From contig CAZWWZ010000001.1 of NCBI GenBank assembly GCA_964637795.1, positions 1 through 28,694 of the forward strand: a stretch of DNA of 28,694 bases, read 5' to 3'. Every line of letters starts with the position of its first letter. Positions within the stretch are counted from its first letter, which is position 1. Origin of the DNA: an uncultured Candidatus Saccharibacteria bacterium. Lineage in GTDB: Bacteria > Patescibacteriota > Minisyncoccia > UBA6257 > 2-01-FULL-56-20. The notes beneath the pieces are model-generated. The model was not told the DNA's origin. It searched no databases and saw nothing but the letters and a program-made list of their open reading frames with translations. The position numbers and the translations under genes were made by a program. This document shows positions 24,526 through 28,694 of the stretch, one piece after another.

Positions 24526-25134
24526 TCATTCTTCGTCGGTGAATACCACCAATCGGTTTGAATAACTTTTTTGCGCTGCATTCCACGTTCCTTCGCATGT
24601 TATAAGATTGAGGTGCACCCCTTCGTCGTTCGAGTCAAATATGTTCGAGGTGTCGCCATTTTGGTCATATATTTGAATGCCACGCACCACGAACGTGGTG
24701 GTCGCGCCCCCTCTATCTCCAACGTACACTTTATCTCCGATATGCAATTGAGAGAGGTCATCGAATACCGCTTTTATGCCGTTCTTCCATCCTTCGTGTC
24801 CCGCAATCACGGCACTGCCCCTTTCCCCGGGATGCGGACCGAGATCGAACCAGGCCACATCAAGAGGACCTTCCGGCACGGCCATGGTTCCTTGCGGCGT
24901 AAGACCGACATCTTCGATCGCGGCATCAACATTGATTTTCGGAATCTCGAGTCGTGTCGGAAGCTTTAAATTCGCTTTCCCGAGATCCTGAATAGTCTGA
25001 TCACCGCTACGTGAAAATGGTTTTATGTCAGATTTCCAAAAAGATATCGCCGCAAAAATGACAGCCGCAAAAAAAAGAGTTCCGACGACACAAAGAACAA
25101 TCGGCTGCCATTTGAGCAAAATTTTCAATTTCAT
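24526..25134 (-). CDS. class F sortase
   Basis: RLEIPKINVDA, VAWFDLGPHPGERGSAVIAGH, LNLITC, NRLVV. Confidence 0.88.
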   Translation of the reverse strand: MKLKILLKWQPIVLCVVGTLFFAAVIFAAISFWKSDIKPFSRSGDQTIQDLGKANLKLPTRLEIPKINVDAAIEDVGLTPQGTMAVPEGPLDVAWFDLGPHPGERGSAVIAGHEGWKNGIKAVFDDLSQLHIGDKVYVGDRGGATTTFVVRGIQIYDQNGDTSNIFDSNDEGVHLNLITCEGTWNAAQKSYSNRLVVFTDEE

Positions 25135-25178
25135 AAGTTTTTCGGAGGATCAGTATCCGCCCAGTCCGACTAAAAAAT

Positions 25179-25712
25179 TCATTTCACGCAAGCCGGCGCC
25201 CTTTCGCCCACGGCCTCATCCGCCGTATTGGCATCGGCAACGGCCTTGGTAGCTTCCGTAAGATCGGGAAGATGGTTGGGCGGAGCATAAACCGTATAAA
25301 TCTTAAGGTCTTCCGTTCCTGTATTCCAAAAATTATGATCGGTGCCAGGAACCACCACGACAACATCGCCGGGACCGACCGGGAACTGCTTGCCGTTCAA
25401 TTCCCCCTCTCCTGTTCCCGAAAGAAAGAACAGCGTTTGTTCGGCATATTTGTGCGTTTCTTCTCCGATATCTCCACCTGGCGGAATGCTCTGTACGACC
25501 AGTTGACTGTTCAATCCGGTAAATAAAACCTTACGAAAATTCGTATTTTCCTGCGCAATGGTTACGATATTCGCATCATAGCTCGCGGGGATGTTTTTCA
25601 CGGTCGAGGAAAAAATCAATCCTCTCACAAGAAAAAAGATAATGGCCAAAAAACATACAGTGATCACAATACCGCCAACGATAAGCCACTTCCGTGAAAT
25701 TTTTAATTCCAT
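25179..25712 (-). CDS. cupin-domain protein with N-terminal TM
   Basis: NFRKVLFTG..SQLVV.SIPPGGDIGEETH...EQ; VVVPGTDHNF.NTG. Confidence 0.85.
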   Translation of the reverse strand: MELKISRKWLIVGGIVITVCFLAIIFFLVRGLIFSSTVKNIPASYDANIVTIAQENTNFRKVLFTGLNSQLVVQSIPPGGDIGEETHKYAEQTLFFLSGTGEGELNGKQFPVGPGDVVVVVPGTDHNFWNTGTEDLKIYTVYAPPNHLPDLTEATKAVADANTADEAVGERAPACVK

Positions 25713-25733
25713 AAATTTTTTAAAATTAAATTT

Positions 25734-26141
25734 TTATTGTATTGGTTTGTGCGCCGCCGCCTCAAGAATCTTTTTGACCTGCGCAATAAATTCGTCGTTA
25801 TCAACACGCTTTTGAATATAATCCGTTATGGCAACCTCTTTCATCTTTTTCTCCGTTTCAATCGACAAGTCTTCATTCGTAAGCAAGACAATAGGAATGT
25901 GTGCTGTTTTCGCATCTTTCTTCAATCTGCCGGAGGCTTTTATGCCATCTATCCCCGGCAAATTCTTATCCATTAAAATAAGGTCGGGCTGAAGCCGTTC
26001 AGCCAGTTCCTGCCCCTGGTCGGCGTCCGGCGCATCAAGAACTTCATAACCGGCATTGCCAAGCAGGCTGCCGAAAAGCCGGCGCAGCACCGGATCGTCG
26101 TCAATGATCAAAATACGGATTTTTTCAGATGGCGCATCCAT
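25734..26141 (-). CDS. stand-alone receiver-domain response regulator
   Basis: ILIIDDD, PDLILMDKNLPGIDG, LLTN, YIQK; no output domain. Confidence 0.92.
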   Translation of the reverse strand: MDAPSEKIRILIIDDDPVLRRLFGSLLGNAGYEVLDAPDADQGQELAERLQPDLILMDKNLPGIDGIKASGRLKKDAKTAHIPIVLLTNEDLSIETEKKMKEVAITDYIQKRVDNDEFIAQVKKILEAAAHKPIQ

Positions 26142-26152
26142 ATATTTTTATT

Positions 26153-26545
26153 TTACGAAACGGCTTTGTCGCCGAGAATTTCTTTCACTTTTTTCACAAT
26201 ATCACGATACTCCCATTCGCTTTTGATGATAAAATCGAGAATCCCTATCTTTTTCGCTCTGGCGATCGTGACGGAATCCTGGGAATTGCTCCACATGATA
26301 ACCCGGGCATTCTTGCCCCACTTGTCCCTGCGAAGATTCTCAAGGAAATAAAAACCATCGGTGTTAGGCATGAGATTATCGACAAGAATGAAGTCCGGAT
26401 GGTCCTTAAGCGCACTATCCAAGCCTTCCTGGCCGTTGGTCGCCTTGATGACTGAAAAACCTTCGTGCACGAACTTATCCGAGATGCCGTTCAGAATAGA
26501 CGCCTCATCTTCAATGATCAACATCTTTCTTTGTGGGATATCCAT
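26153..26545 (-). CDS. stand-alone receiver-domain response regulator
   Basis: LIIEDE, PDFILVDNLMPNTDG, MWSN, FIIK. Confidence 0.9.
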   Translation of the reverse strand: MDIPQRKMLIIEDEASILNGISDKFVHEGFSVIKATNGQEGLDSALKDHPDFILVDNLMPNTDGFYFLENLRRDKWGKNARVIMWSNSQDSVTIARAKKIGILDFIIKSEWEYRDIVKKVKEILGDKAVS

Positions 26546-26552
26546 GATCGTT

Positions 26553-28055
26553 TTATTTTAATTCCAATCTTCGGGAACCTTCCTTTTTCTTCATGCCTTC
26601 AAGGGGGATGGTGACGTAGAATGTCGATCCCTTGTTTTCCTTTGATTCGAACCATATCTTCCCGCCTGTTTTTTCTATCGTTTCCTTGATGATATACAAT
26701 CCAAGACCAGTGCCGTCAGGATCTTTTACCCGCGCGTTATCGGCCCGGAACATTTTCGTGAATATCTTCGACTGTGCATCTTCTGGAATTCCATAGCCGG
26801 TGTCGGTAACCGAGATAAGAACATTGGGACCGTCTTTTTTTATGTTAAGCGTTACGCTCCCTTCCGGGGGTGTGTATTTTACGGCATTCGAAAATAAGTT
26901 TTGAAATACCATTCGGATGATGTTGAGATCGGCGTTAATGGGGGGAAGGTCCTTTTCGAAGTTTTTATTTACCAGTAGCTTCTTTTCGTTGATTCTCAGT
27001 TCGAGATCCTTAAGCGCACTCTCCGCGACATTTTGAAGATTTATCTGTTCAGGTTCGACAACGAACACTCCCAGATCAACCCGCGAGACATTAAGAAGCG
27101 CCGTAATCAGATTGATCATGCGGTCATTGGCGTTTTTTATTTCTGTAAGATACTCGCGCTGCTTGTCGTTGAGCGGTCCGGCATCGCCATCGAGAAGCAT
27201 GCCCGTATATCCCTTGAGCGCCGTGAGGGGCGTACGCAACTGATGTGAGGCGATAGAAACGAACTCATCCTTCGCCAGGTCGAGCGAACGCAATTCTTTA
27301 TTCGCCAGTTCAACTTTTTTTGCCGTCACGGCAAGCTGTTTTGCTTTAATATCCAAATCCTTTGCCGTCACGAGCAATTTACGCCTGACACTCTCCTTCT
27401 CCTTGGCGGTCGTAGCGAGCTTTTTTGCGGTGACCACTAATTTATCCCTGACACTCTCCTTTTCTCTCGCTGTCATGGCAAGCTGTTTGGCTTTGAGCCG
27501 AAGCGTTTCTGCCGTCACTGCCAGCTTGTCCCTGATGTTCTCTTTTTCTTTGGCAGTTACTGCGAGCTGTTTAGCCTTAAGACGAAGTGCTTTCGCGGTT
27601 ACCAGAAGCTTACGTCTGACGCTTTCCTTCTCCTTGGCGGTCGTGGCAAGCTGTTTGGCCGTGACCACAAGTTTATCCCTGACACTCTCCTTTTCTTCTG
27701 CGGTCGTAGCAAGCTGTTTTGCTCTAAGCCGCAACGCCTCCGCCGTTACCGCCAATTTACCTCTAATGCTCTCTTTTTCCTTGGCAGTAGCGGCGAGCTG
27801 GCGAGCCTTAAGTCGGAGCGTTTTTGCCGTCACCAAAAGCTTACGCCTGACACTCTCCTTTTCCTTGGCAGTAGCGGCGAGTTTTTTTGCCGTGACCACA
27901 AGTTTATCCCTGACGCTCTCCTTTTCTTCTGCGGTCGTAGCAAGCTGTTTTGCCTTGACCACCAATTTACTCCTGACGCCTTCCTTTTTCTTTGCTAAAA
28001 CTTTCAACTTAAGGATCGTACTGTTGGTTGCGGAAACAATTGTTTTTTTATTCAT
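26553..28055 (-). CDS. soluble HisKA/HATPase_c histidine kinase with tandem-repeat coiled-coil input region (likely start MNKK; ORF extends to 28073)
   Basis: H-box FVSIASHQLRTPL, N-box NLFSNAVKYT, DTGYGI, GTGLGLYI; no TM or PAS/GAF domain. Confidence 0.93.
   Translation of the reverse strand: MNKKTIVSATNSTILKLKVLAKKKEGVRSKLVVKAKQLATTAEEKESVRDKLVVTAKKLAATAKEKESVRRKLLVTAKTLRLKARQLAATAKEKESIRGKLAVTAEALRLRAKQLATTAEEKESVRDKLVVTAKQLATTAKEKESVRRKLLVTAKALRLKAKQLAVTAKEKENIRDKLAVTAETLRLKAKQLAMTAREKESVRDKLVVTAKKLATTAKEKESVRRKLLVTAKDLDIKAKQLAVTAKKVELANKELRSLDLAKDEFVSIASHQLRTPLTALKGYTGMLLDGDAGPLNDKQREYLTEIKNANDRMINLITALLNVSRVDLGVFVVEPEQINLQNVAESALKDLELRINEKKLLVNKNFEKDLPPINADLNIIRMVFQNLFSNAVKYTPPEGSVTLNIKKDGPNVLISVTDTGYGIPEDAQSKIFTKMFRADNARVKDPDGTGLGLYIIKETIEKTGGKIWFESKENKGSTFYVTIPLEGMKKKEGSRRLELK
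27336..27944 (-). repeat. coding tandem repeat: 63- and 84-bp units in a 231-bp higher-order period
   Basis: Units of 21,28,28,21,28,28,21,28 aa (203 aa, 29 heptads); 27670 vs 27901 align at offset 231. Confidence 0.95.
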
Positions 28056-28112
28056 GGAAAGTGTCCTAGCCACGGCTTGGAGCTTTTTCTAATGGCATAT
28101 CGGCTTATAGTT

Positions 28113-28535
28113 CTACGCCGGTTTATTTTCTGCGGTTTCAAGAATCTTTTTCACGCGCTCAATGAATTCTTCGTTGCTGACCCCTTTTTGGATATACTCC
28201 GTCACTCCAACTTCTTTCATCCATGTTTGTGCCTCAAGGGACAGGTCGGCATTGGTAAGAAACGCAATAGGAACATCCGCCGCAGGAGAACCCGGTTCAT
28301 TCCTTATCAAGTCGGCGGTTTTGATACCGTCGCTGCCCGGCATGTTGATGTCGAGCAACACAAGATCGGGATGAAATCTGCGCGCCATTTCCCGTCCAAG
28401 ATCGCCGTTTCCGGCATAGATAACTTCATAGCCGGCCGACCCGAGCAAGCTGCCGAAAAGCCGTCGGCTCGTTGGATCGTCATCTATTATTAAAATATGC
28501 TTAGCAGTCGATTCTTTTTTAAGTGCTTCTTCCAT
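28113..28535 (-). CDS. stand-alone receiver-domain response regulator, paralog of 25734-26141
   Basis: ILIIDDDP..RRLFGSLLG.AGYEV, DINMPGSDG, FLTN, YIQK. Confidence 0.92.
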   Translation of the reverse strand: MEEALKKESTAKHILIIDDDPTSRRLFGSLLGSAGYEVIYAGNGDLGREMARRFHPDLVLLDINMPGSDGIKTADLIRNEPGSPAADVPIAFLTNADLSLEAQTWMKEVGVTEYIQKGVSNEEFIERVKKILETAENKPA

Positions 28536-28582
28536 GGTCTTTTTATTTTATTTTTATCGATCATTTTATTATGGGGGGCTTA

Positions 28583-28693
28583 TTAATGGCCAACCAACAC
28601 CTCAAGTCCATTTACCTTCGGCGATTTCAAGTCGAGCAACATGACCTTGAGCGGGAAATTCTCGTTGCGCGCCGTGTATTTTCCCGTACGGAA
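28583..28693 (-). pseudogene. truncated Rcp1-like receiver domain (5' end beyond window)
   Basis: ...FRTGKYTARNENFPLKVMLLDLKSPKVNGLEVLVGH*: stops right after the phospho-Asp region, before the conserved Thr and Lys. Confidence 0.7.
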
Positions 28694-28694
28694 A

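Noticed and set aside
27336-27944. CRISPR array
   Set aside because: No repeat-spacer alternation; the units are in-frame coding repeats. No cas genes in the window.
27403-28092. 229-aa plus-strand ORF
   Set aside because: Antisense mirror of the kinase repeat; one stop-free unit propagates through all copies.

Overview
Bacterial chromosome segment, inferred to be Patescibacteria/CPR (Parcubacteria-like) from the DUF5659-type island module, tRNA genes without encoded CCA, near-leaderless promoters, class F sortase and stand-alone receivers. The left third (about 350-10176) is a ~9.8 kb integrative element in the 3' end of tRNA-Ser(GCT), with no phage structural or conjugation genes. Its core reads wHTH regulator, DUF5659-like, two small proteins, DnaD-like HTH replication protein, large serine recombinase. 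Its cargo is a Panacea antitoxin with a PemK/MazF-like toxin, a membrane-protein operon, and an active trypsin-like protease beside a catalytically dead peptidoglycan-binding paralog. Two properties stand out. First, the attachment site lies inside the recombinase gene, so integration should swap the enzyme's C-terminus. Second, the cargo, rep and recombinase transcripts each start with a structured RNA leader whose hairpin loop is complementary to the region just before or over the start codon. The middle is host core: four tRNAs (two with a U55C T-loop), rpsR, nusG, secE, gyrB, M13 peptidase, HAD hydrolase, ftsK and redox genes. The right end has a sensor-less histidine kinase built from a 203-aa hierarchical heptad repeat, surrounded by three intact and one truncated stand-alone receiver. 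All family calls are motif recognition by eye; no searches were run.
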